Source: an uncultured Pseudomonadales bacterium (GTDB lineage: Bacteria > Patescibacteriota > Microgenomatia > UBA1400 > PJMF01). Taken from it: DNA of 64,000 nt. Under the pieces are notes generated by a model, which did not search any database, was not told the origin of the DNA, and saw nothing but the letters and a program-made list of their open reading frames with translations. Below are positions 56,582 to 64,000 of this stretch, in pieces. The stretch lies in assembly GCA_964583795.1 (NCBI GenBank), contig CAZOWX010000005.1, forward strand, positions 861 to 64,860, read 5' to 3'. Made by a program: the position numbers and the translations under genes. The first letter of the stretch is position 1, and every line of letters begins with the position of its first letter.

Positions 56582-57349
56582 CTAAGTCATGGTTCGCAGA
56601 TGTGAGTACTTTAAAGTATTTTTCACAAACTGTTTCGCCTCATCATTTTTCACATAAATCGCACTCACTTGTCGACTGAGCAGGCGCAGTACAGTTTTTC
56701 CCAAAATTCCAATTGGAGGCGCAGCGATACACCACACTTTTTTTTCAGAAACCACTGCTCTCTTTAGAAAACTCAACAAATCAGTACAAACAATAATTTT
56801 TTCACCACCCAACTCTTCAATCATTTTTATTTCCGGATGCCATCCGTGACCATAAATCACGATTACGGGTTTCCTCTTCTGCTGCTTTTTTAATTCAAAT
56901 CGATAGTTGGTATCCTCAATATCAGCAGACATCAACTGAAAACCAATCCTGTCCGCGAGTTCTTGCATCAGATCAGGTGTGTACCCATACTTATGTGCTC
57001 CCCACACTCCAGATTTTGTTGTATCCCCATACAAAAACAACATCATGATATCTGGTTGATCTGCAAACTTTTTAACAATTTGAAAAACACTGGGAACACG
57101 AATCAGCAAAGTACCACCGAACTCTAACACTCGATAGCATTCTCGCAAAACATTCTGGGCCGATTCAATAATCACGTGTTCCAGAACGTCTTGCAAAACA
57201 ATTACTGTTGCTTCACCATCTTTAAAAGGAAGTGGCTTGGTCACATCACATACCTTGTCGGGTTTACATTTTGGATCAATATCAAGATTCAGATACCCTT
57301 CCCGTTTGTCGTATCCACAACCTAAGTTCAGCTTAAGTTTCTTTTTCAT
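56582..57349 (-). CDS. Class I SAM-dependent methyltransferase (Methyltransf_11-like N-terminal half) with an extra C-terminal domain.
   Basis: Motif I LNLGCG. D/E acidic loop LNLDID. VLEHV. Motif LRVLEFGGTLLIRVP. 255 aa. Confidence 0.6.
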   Translation of the reverse strand: MKKKLKLNLGCGYDKREGYLNLDIDPKCKPDKVCDVTKPLPFKDGEATVIVLQDVLEHVIIESAQNVLRECYRVLEFGGTLLIRVPSVFQIVKKFADQPDIMMLFLYGDTTKSGVWGAHKYGYTPDLMQELADRIGFQLMSADIEDTNYRFELKKQQKRKPVIVIYGHGWHPEIKMIEELGGEKIIVCTDLLSFLKRAVVSEKKVWCIAAPPIGILGKTVLRLLSRQVSAIYVKNDEAKQFVKNTLKYSHLRTMT

Positions 57350-57461
57350 CGTGGACGTATCATAACATTGAACACCACTTCCTCACATCAAAAACTGCTT
57401 GGCTTACCAAAATTCGCTTCGGCATTAACTGTACTTTTTTAATCCGTGCTAAGATTACTGT

Positions 57462-58133
57462 ATGCACATTCAAAAACTCTACGGGATAGATGGGGCTAAG
57501 CGTGCCACAGATCTGACTGTTGTTATCGATATTTTTCGCGCTGGCACCACAGCAGCCTATCTCTTAAGTAAAAATATCAATAAAATCCTTCCAGTGGGAA
57601 CAAAAGAGGAAGCCTTTTATTATAAAGAGCAACACCCCGATTGGTTACTGATCGGTGAAGAGCGGGGCATAAAAATTGAAGGCTTTGAGTTTGGTAACTC
57701 GCCATATGAAATCAGTCAATTAAACTCTGTTGATGGGAAAAATGTTATTCTCAGAAGCTCACACGGCACTCAAGGCATTATTGAAGCCAAACAAGCAAAT
57801 GAAATCGTCTTTGGCAGCTTTGCCACTTGTGAAGCAGTCACAAAATACGCGATGAAAAGTAATCAAAACCTTTCAATCGTCGCAATGGATGGCGAAGGCA
57901 GTGAAGATGAGCTGTTTGCTGATTACTTGATTGCCAAGATTGAACACAAAACACCAAAAAACATTGACGAAATTATTCATTTTATGAAACATCATCCCGG
58001 CGGCTGGCGATTTTTAGATCCGAATAATAATGAGTTCCCACAGCAAGATTTTTATTTATGCTTGTCACTCGATACATTTGACTTTGTGCCTGTGGTGAAA
58101 GATGGATTTATTCAAAAAGTGAGCCATCCATAA
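57462..58133 (+). CDS. 2-phosphosulfolactate phosphatase (ComB) family protein.
   Basis: TVVIDIFRAGTTAAY resembles the ComB signature VVIDVLRA(S/T)TTI. ~223 aa. Confidence 0.55.
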   Translation: MHIQKLYGIDGAKRATDLTVVIDIFRAGTTAAYLLSKNINKILPVGTKEEAFYYKEQHPDWLLIGEERGIKIEGFEFGNSPYEISQLNSVDGKNVILRSSHGTQGIIEAKQANEIVFGSFATCEAVTKYAMKSNQNLSIVAMDGEGSEDELFADYLIAKIEHKTPKNIDEIIHFMKHHPGGWRFLDPNNNEFPQQDFYLCLSLDTFDFVPVVKDGFIQKVSHP

Positions 58134-58567
58134 TGCAAAAAGGCCTTGACTACACCGGTATCTCTATCGTTTTTTTCTGTCATAACGGTAAGGGAAAGTA
58201 CTTGCTCAGTAAACGATCCACAAACTGTCGCGACGAACATGGTCGTTGGGATCCAGGAGGTGGTGCACTCGAATTCGATGCTAGTATTGATGAAACACTC
58301 AGAAGAGAAATTAAAGAAGAGTACTGTGCTGATGTGATTGAGTATGAGCACTTTGGTTTTCTCGACGTTCATCGCACCCTGAATGGAAAACCAACACATT
58401 GGGTCGCACTACTGTATAAAGTTCTCGTTGATCCAAAACAAGTTCGCAATGGAGAACCACATAAATTCGACGCGATTGATTGGTTTTCACTTGACGAACT
58501 ACCAACACCCCTCCACTCTCAGTTTCCAGCAGTATTAAAAAAGTACAGCAAACAACTTGTTCAATAA
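58133..58567 (+). CDS. NUDIX hydrolase.
   Basis: Nudix box GGGALEFDASIDETLRREIKEEYCA (Gx5Ex7REUxEExGU). TAATG overlap with the preceding gene. Confidence 0.8.
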   Translation: MQKGLDYTGISIVFFCHNGKGKYLLSKRSTNCRDEHGRWDPGGGALEFDASIDETLRREIKEEYCADVIEYEHFGFLDVHRTLNGKPTHWVALLYKVLVDPKQVRNGEPHKFDAIDWFSLDELPTPLHSQFPAVLKKYSKQLVQ

Positions 58568-58621
58568 AAGAACAACTTCACAACAACAAAGAGGCCACCT
58601 CGACTACGATGCTACATACAC

Positions 58622-59392
58622 TTATTGTTTACTAAACTCAAATGACATCAAAATTTCGTCGATAGCACTTTGATGCACAGTGTTTTTTTCTCTCGTGACT
58701 GTCAAAGAAAAATACGTTTTTGAATCTGGAGATTTAAAAAAGATAGTTTTAATTTCGGCAGGATACCCATAGCCATCGTAATTTCCAGACAACGTTGTTG
58801 CTGCAACTCCAGCAAAAGTTGAAGGACTCTTATCGTCAACAGTAAAAAAAGTATTTTTCGCAGTGCGATCAAACAACCAATCGTCGTAACTCGGAAATGC
58901 TTGATTTTGAGGGCCATCGGTTTCGACAGTGATATAGGTCTTTGCTTCTAACGGTGAGTTATAAGTACTAGGATACAAAAGAATACCCCTCGAGCTGGGG
59001 GACAAATCAAATGCTGGGGGACCCGGTTCAACAGATTTGGCAGTCCAATCATCGGGATAGGAAATCTGATAGTTTGCATAGGTACTTATGTACGTCTGTT
59101 TACTTTTTTCAGGAACTTGGGTAAAGGATGGAGTAACAGTACCATGAGTTGGTGTTGGTTGTTCAACTTTTTGAGGTAGTGTCGTTTTTTGGGGCACTCG
59201 TGTAACGAATAAATAAGCCGTGCTCATACTCAAGATCACTATGACAAAGATAAGAACCATTATTGTCCAAGTATTTGAACTTCGATTTGAAGGAATTGGA
59301 TTAGAATCAGACACAATCCCTCGAGGATCAGATTGCATAACTGGTGTTGTTGACTGAGGAGTGGTTGTTTCCATAAGTAAATTATATCGCAT
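58622..59392 (-). CDS. Hypothetical membrane-anchored extracytoplasmic protein (256 aa).
   Basis: Single N-terminal TM IMVLIFVIVILSMSTAYLFV after a Pro/Ser/Thr-rich region. Confidence 0.4.
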   Translation of the reverse strand: MRYNLLMETTTPQSTTPVMQSDPRGIVSDSNPIPSNRSSNTWTIMVLIFVIVILSMSTAYLFVTRVPQKTTLPQKVEQPTPTHGTVTPSFTQVPEKSKQTYISTYANYQISYPDDWTAKSVEPGPPAFDLSPSSRGILLYPSTYNSPLEAKTYITVETDGPQNQAFPSYDDWLFDRTAKNTFFTVDDKSPSTFAGVAATTLSGNYDGYGYPAEIKTIFFKSPDSKTYFSLTVTREKNTVHQSAIDEILMSFEFSKQ

Positions 59393-59404
59393 GGAAACTG
59401 GAGT

Positions 59405-59638
59405 TTACAGCGCCTCAAACTCCTGTTGCTTTTGGGCAAACCATTGATTCATTGCTTCTGGATTTTTCATTAGCTCCTTCATTTCTTCCATTTTGGCTAA
59501 ATGATCGGCATCACCTTTTTGAGCCATTTCCATCGCGTGTTGTTTGCTCAATTCACCCATCTCCGAAAAAGTATCAGCATGAAATTCCACATCACATGCA
59601 CCACCAAGTTGTTTACAAGTCATTGTTTTCATATTCAC
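59405..59638 (-). CDS. DUF1059-family small protein (77 aa).
   Basis: MKTMTCKQLGGACDVEFHADTFSEMGELSKQHAMEM matches the DUF1059 pattern from memory. Confidence 0.5.
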   Translation of the reverse strand: MNMKTMTCKQLGGACDVEFHADTFSEMGELSKQHAMEMAQKGDADHLAKMEEMKELMKNPEAMNQWFAQKQQEFEAL

Positions 59639-59701
59639 CTCATTTTAGAAAGTAATGACACTATTGTGACAAATAAAAACTCGCAACAACAGAATTCTTG
59701 T

Positions 59702-60082
59702 TCAATGACTAGTATTTTTTGACCTTCTCTCGGAAAAAAGTAACAGTGCACCAGCAATAAAAGGAGGCAAAAATAAGAGTACTTCAACAATTACAATTGT
59801 GATGGGATCAAATGGAGCAGTAAAAACATACCAAATGCCCAACAACGCACTACTACTTACCAACAACATACCTGCCCATTTTGGCTTTTTGATTGCTAGC
59901 ACTGCTAATACCACTATCGGTACAAGCTGAGCTAAATGTGATAAACCAGAAAGATCTCCGCTGAGAACTTCACCAAACGTGAATAACAACAAAAATCCTG
60001 CCGGAATGCTTAATATGCCATAGGCAATGCGTCTGGCAATTTGAGGTGCGAAAATCTTTTTTAACATGATATTCGTTATCAC
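59702..60082 (-). CDS. Hypothetical membrane protein (126 aa, 4 TM).
   Basis: Four hydrophobic segments. Confidence 0.4.
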   Translation of the reverse strand: MITNIMLKKIFAPQIARRIAYGILSIPAGFLLLFTFGEVLSGDLSGLSHLAQLVPIVVLAVLAIKKPKWAGMLLVSSSALLGIWYVFTAPFDPITIVIVEVLLFLPPFIAGALLLFSERRSKNTSH

Positions 60083-60149
60083 CTTTAAGTATAGTCCATT
60101 TCATTACAGTGAGCGAATACTAGAGGTGTAGACTCTGTATGCATTCGTA

Positions 60150-60812
60150 GTGTACGATAAATTCATGCACAAAAAAATGTTTACTTTCTTGTTTGCTTGT
60201 TTCGTTTATTTCACATTTTTTGGCAAAGTATCTGCCGATATTCCCAACCCAGAATTTTTCACAAAACATTGTAATCGATTTGAATTAGAGGTTCAGTGTT
60301 CATACAGCAGTGATTCTTCGAATTTGAATTGTATGTTTTATCGACAAAATCCCAACTTTCGGTTTCTTACAGCCGATGGACATGTGTCAGTCACAAAAGA
60401 TGGCCCCGTGTCTTCTGGAACTGAAAAGTACTGTTTTAAGGTTAGTTCGCTCCAAGCTTGGATACAGTATGAAATGACTAAAGTAATACCGAGCATTTTT
60501 CTCACAATATTAATTGAAATCCCTTTATTTATCGTCTTCATTTCAAAAAAGAGAAGACCTATTGCCATCGTAACACTGCTCAATATTATCTCAGTCACAG
60601 CTCTTCACTTGATCCTTGCTAGCGTTTCAACAACTAGTATTCCACTGATTCTCCTTCTCGAAATTGGCGTTATTGTGTTTGAAATCTGGGGAGTTCTTAC
60701 TTTCGCAAAAGTTGGAAAACCAAAGCAAATCACCCTATTCGTTATCGGAGCAAACATCGCTTCGGCTGTGCTGGGAACGTTGTTGTTGGCTTTCTTAAAC
60801 CGAATCGTTTAG
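60150..60812 (+). CDS. Hypothetical membrane protein (220 aa): N-terminal signal, Cys-containing extracytoplasmic domain, 3 C-terminal TM.
   Basis: Signal FTFLFACFVYFTFFGKVSA; TM segments after aa ~120. Confidence 0.4.
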   Translation: MYDKFMHKKMFTFLFACFVYFTFFGKVSADIPNPEFFTKHCNRFELEVQCSYSSDSSNLNCMFYRQNPNFRFLTADGHVSVTKDGPVSSGTEKYCFKVSSLQAWIQYEMTKVIPSIFLTILIEIPLFIVFISKKRRPIAIVTLLNIISVTALHLILASVSTTSIPLILLLEIGVIVFEIWGVLTFAKVGKPKQITLFVIGANIASAVLGTLLLAFLNRIV

Positions 60813-60988
60813 AAAAATAAAATGGTCATCCTAGTTTTTATATTTAAATATAATCTCTCAAAAAACTTTGTGTGCACTACCGGTAACAGGTTGAGGTGAA
60901 ATGCAATCAAGTTTTTTGTGATATTATAGACAAACATTGTAATCACATAACAAAATATAGTACAGTTTATTTGATAAAGGATCTGACT

Positions 60989-61459
60989 ATGAACTCATTT
61001 GATACTCTTTCAGAAGCAAATATGGTTGATCAGGGGATTATTCCCCATACTGAGATGCAAGATTTAGAGGAAAACTATCAAGAATTTTTGAATAACCTCG
61101 ATGATCTGAAAAGAAAAATTCAGCACTTTATAACCGAATGTCAACGGCCACCACAACAGACACCTCCTTCCGTTGTGGAAAATCTGGATCCAATTACAAG
61201 TGAAATAAGTTCAATTATTATGGACACAAATCTCCAAACGGACTTAACACATACTGTTATAGAGCAAATTCAAAATGTCCTCAATACTTTTGAAAATGCA
61301 ATAACAACTATTAAGAATGATATTAATGCTAGAAGGGAATCTGTCGATGATTTGAATACACGAGCCTATTTAAATATTGTATCGAATGCACTATCTTATT
61401 TAGAGCACAACAGCGAGGTATTGGCTATTAGAAATTATTTAAAGTCTTTACCTTACTAA
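60989..61459 (+). CDS. Hypothetical cytoplasmic protein (~156 aa).
   Basis: AAAGGA SD 7 nt before the ATG at 60989. Helical, acidic. Confidence 0.4.
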   Translation: MNSFDTLSEANMVDQGIIPHTEMQDLEENYQEFLNNLDDLKRKIQHFITECQRPPQQTPPSVVENLDPITSEISSIIMDTNLQTDLTHTVIEQIQNVLNTFENAITTIKNDINARRESVDDLNTRAYLNIVSNALSYLEHNSEVLAIRNYLKSLPY

Positions 61460-61740
61460 TTTTATTCATTCTCAATTCTTTTTCACAAAAAAACGTAGTA
61501 TTCGTTTCAAAATGTTTTATTGTGACAATTTCTCATCAAGCATCATCGAGAAAGTGTTGAGACACATCTCAAGCAAAATGAGCGTCTCCTCCCTAAAATC
61601 GCAATCCGAGAGACGAAAAATAAGTTGAGGACAGGGAGGAAGTAAAATATTCCAAATTAGAGTAAGCTAACCTCCAAAGTTTTTCCCTTCAATCAGATAA
61701 GATTTTTTGTTGAAAAACCGACTCGACATTCAAACCGGGT

Positions 61741-61769
61741 TCGTCATCCTGAACTTGTTTCAGGATCTG
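61741..61769. repeat. Left arm of a perfect 29-bp inverted repeat flanking the GIY-YIG gene; internally a hairpin atcctgaa-cttgt-ttcaggat.
   Basis: tcgtcatcctgaacttgtttcaggatctg equals the reverse complement of 62127-62155. Confidence 0.8.
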
Positions 61770-61810
61770 TGATCAGATAATCTTCATGTCACTTTCTTGT
61801 CATTTTCTTT

Positions 61811-62110
61811 TTGTATTATCTCCTCATGAAGCAAGGATACGTTTACATTATGGGAAGTATTTCGCTGGTGCTTTACATCGGAGTTACGTCAGAGCTAAAT
61901 GGGAGAGTTTGGGAACACAAAAATGATGTTTATGAAGGATTTACAAAAAAGTATCAATGCCACAAACTCTTGTATTTTGAAGTACACGATAAGATAGAAG
62001 ACGCAATTGCCAGAGAAAAACAACTCAAGAATTGGCATCGGAAATGGAAATTGAATTTAATAAAAAGAAAGAATCTGAAGTTTCAAGACCTTTATGATCA
62101 ACTGTTTTAG
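61811..62110 (+). CDS. Small GIY-YIG-superfamily nuclease domain protein (~95-99 aa).
   Basis: GYVYIMGSISLVLYIGVTSELNGRVWEHKN resembles the GIY-(x10)-YIG motif followed by R...E. Confidence 0.6.
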   Translation: MYYLLMKQGYVYIMGSISLVLYIGVTSELNGRVWEHKNDVYEGFTKKYQCHKLLYFEVHDKIEDAIAREKQLKNWHRKWKLNLIKRKNLKFQDLYDQLF

Positions 62111-62126
62111 TGAATCGTTTTGACTA

Positions 62127-62155
62127 CAGATCCTGAAACAAGTTCAGGATGACGA
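62127..62155. repeat. Right arm of the perfect 29-bp inverted repeat flanking the GIY-YIG gene.
   Basis: cagatcctgaaacaagttcaggatgacga. Confidence 0.8.
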
Positions 62156-62353
62156 CTTTTAGATATTTTGCTCTCGACACACAAAAGCTTTCATAATGGG
62201 AGATTATCGGATCACGAACCTTTAAGTTAAATTTGCAACCTACCAGTTTTATGCACGATGGAAACGAATTTTTTTCTACATAAAATATTTAATTTTCGAC
62301 CAAGACGCAGAGAGGAAACCAAAACGCTAACCAAAGACACAGTCCTCATCCAC

Positions 62354-63133
62354 TCACTTTACCTTCATCTCCTCTGCTACATACTCCCACAGAAACTCAA
62401 AAATCTGCTTGTACGAGTTCACCAGCAGCGCATCGCGAATCTCAATACCATACTGATCCTTATCAGTGTGTAAACTGCATACCGTGAGCACATCATCGTA
62501 AATCAGGGTTAATCGATCAAAGCGAATTTTTTTCTCATCCAAAGATTTCGCTTGCACATGGTTTTCCAAAAAGTGAGGAATATCCGACCATATCAATGGC
62601 TTTGGTTGATTAAAAATGATCCGATTATGCATATTTTGCCTCATAAACTCTGCGCGCCAACGCTCAGCATACAATCGGTCGGAAACATCCTCCAATTGTC
62701 CTGGACTAAAACCAATGACCTCATCAGCTTTTGACAACACAATATTCCATAGTAACTGCTTCACTCCTTGTTTCCCTTTGTAGATATTGATCGTTTGTTT
62801 GGGTGCTTGAGCCTGCCCCAACTGTTTGACTGTTAATGCAAACTCCGACAAATTGGATACGAGATACTGCAATTTATTTTTTTCCTCTTCAAATCGGAAC
62901 TTGAGCACATGTGGATCGGTGATCTTGTATTGGGTTGATTTCCCAACTTTTTTGGAAATCACAAACCCTAAGCCAATCATGCGCTCAAGCTCAAGGTAGA
63001 TGGAACTTCGCGGTTCATTGACCCGTTTGTGGACTTGCACCACCGTCGAATCGGGATGACCAGCCAGATCAAGATATAGCGTAATTTGTTTTTGTGTGAG
63101 ACCAAGGGTGGAGAGATACCGATTTTCTGTCAT
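62354..63133 (-). CDS. TrmB-like wHTH transcriptional regulator (259 aa).
   Basis: N-terminal LSTLGLTQKQITLYLDLAGHPDSTVVQVHKRVNEPRSSIYLELERMIGLGFV resembles the TrmB N-terminal HTH (from memory). Confidence 0.5.
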   Translation of the reverse strand: MTENRYLSTLGLTQKQITLYLDLAGHPDSTVVQVHKRVNEPRSSIYLELERMIGLGFVISKKVGKSTQYKITDPHVLKFRFEEEKNKLQYLVSNLSEFALTVKQLGQAQAPKQTINIYKGKQGVKQLLWNIVLSKADEVIGFSPGQLEDVSDRLYAERWRAEFMRQNMHNRIIFNQPKPLIWSDIPHFLENHVQAKSLDEKKIRFDRLTLIYDDVLTVCSLHTDKDQYGIEIRDALLVNSYKQIFEFLWEYVAEEMKVK

Positions 63134-63207
63134 AAACTGTCAATAATTATGACATCAGTTTGTCACGGCGTCAAGCCAAGCATAAAATCCTTTAAAAAGG
63201 AGTTATT

Positions 63208-64000
63208 ATGCCAAAGATTGTGGTCACCCACCCCATGGGACTATCAACTCAACAACAAAAACGACTAGAAAAGTTTGGTACTGTCACCTACCTTGACACC
63301 CCACCAAAAAATGGCCAAGATTGGGTCGAGCGGTGCCAAGGTTTTGATATTGTGTGCTCGTGGATGTCTGGGTTAAGAGAGAACTATGGACAACTGAAAA
63401 ATACTTTTATTTCTGTCCCGTTTGTAGGCGTCAGCAGCTTTGCTGATCCCAAAATCGTCAAACAAAATAAACTCATTATTTGTAACAGTCCCGGCTGTAA
63501 TCGCCATGCAGTATCAGAGTGGATTAGCTATATGATGCTCACATCAATGCGACGACTTGATAAGTTTCTCAATACCAACGAGTCGCTCTCCTTCCCATTA
63601 CCCTACTCACCACTGGGACTCGCTGGAAAACGTGTGACCATTTTAGGCAAAGGAAATATTGGTAAAAGAGTTGGTAAGATCTGCAAAGCCTTTGAGATGA
63701 AAGTGAGTTTTTTTGAACGTGGGGATGATTTGCTGCAAAAAATTACAAATGCTGACATCATCGTCGATGTTTTAAGTGCCAATGCCAGTTCCAAAAATTT
63801 ACTCAACAAAACATTTTTTCATGCCGTCAAAACTGGTGCAACATTCATCTCAGTGACGGTTGATTCAATCGTAGATATTGATGCAATGATTGCAGCGCTT
63901 GATCGTAATCAACTTTCTTATGTTGCTCATGATGTGATGAATGCTCCACCAGCCGACACTAAAAACTCACTCTATCAACGTTTTCGCACTCACCCGCGAA
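63208..64000 (+). CDS. D-isomer-specific 2-hydroxyacid dehydrogenase family protein (partial; runs off the window end).
   Basis: NAD-binding GLAGKRVTILGKGNIGKRVGK (GxGxxG). AAAAAGGAG SD 8 nt before the ATG at 63208. Frame open to the window end. Confidence 0.7.
   Translation, partial: MPKIVVTHPMGLSTQQQKRLEKFGTVTYLDTPPKNGQDWVERCQGFDIVCSWMSGLRENYGQLKNTFISVPFVGVSSFADPKIVKQNKLIICNSPGCNRHAVSEWISYMMLTSMRRLDKFLNTNESLSFPLPYSPLGLAGKRVTILGKGNIGKRVGKICKAFEMKVSFFERGDDLLQKITNADIIVDVLSANASSKNLLNKTFFHAVKTGATFISVTVDSIVDIDAMIAALDRNQLSYVAHDVMNAPPADTKNSLYQRFRTHPR

Noticed and set aside
1-64000. Checked for UGA/UAG recoding (as in Gracilibacteria/Absconditabacteria) and for a programmed frameshift in the ABC-F or RND genes.
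   Set aside because: All long genes close on standard stops with full-length conserved domains. There are no in-frame TGA codons inside conserved motifs.

Overview
64 kb, about 40% GC, dense coding, standard code (no sign of UGA recoding), no rRNA or CRISPR. The gene content looks like a small-genome, possibly Patescibacteria/CPR-like bacterium; that placement is inference only. Contents in order: (1) 0.2-13.7 kb: a contiguous locus of giant secreted/anchored surface proteins (948, 1273, 693, 361, 364, 317 aa and others). (2) ~14-19.8 kb: a Spy/CpxP-like periplasmic protein with a tandem heptad array upstream, a single-chain tandem nucleotidyl-cyclase-homology protein, a cupin, purA, purB and ogt. 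(3) tRNA-Asn(GTT) at 20181-20252, followed by an AT-rich islet carrying a class-II Fic AMPylase, with three copies of an AAAGCAGTTCYTGRTTT repeat at cassette boundaries. (4) 24.5-35.2 kb: DMT transporters, a LysM protein with an apparent homopolymer frameshift, an ABC-F ATPase, TspO, an archaeal-type PEP carboxylase behind a terminator/antiterminator-like leader, and an aspartate aminotransferase. (5) 35.3-43.2 kb, minus strand: a type IV pilus operon (PilB, PilC, five prepilin-like proteins including a 605-aa one, and the major pilin). (6) 43.6-48.4 kb: an RND permease plus an HlyD-like adaptor. (7) 48.5-64 kb: assorted small enzymes (histidine phosphatase, S58/DmpA-like peptidase, alpha/beta hydrolase, LbH acetyltransferase, ComB-like, NUDIX, SAM-MTase, 2-hydroxyacid dehydrogenase), a TrmB-like regulator, and two small inverted-repeat-flanked cassettes (PIF1-like helicase; GIY-YIG nuclease). 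Many genes appear leaderless, with a TATAAT box 7-12 nt before the start codon. All calls rest on motifs read from the ORF translations; no database search was possible.
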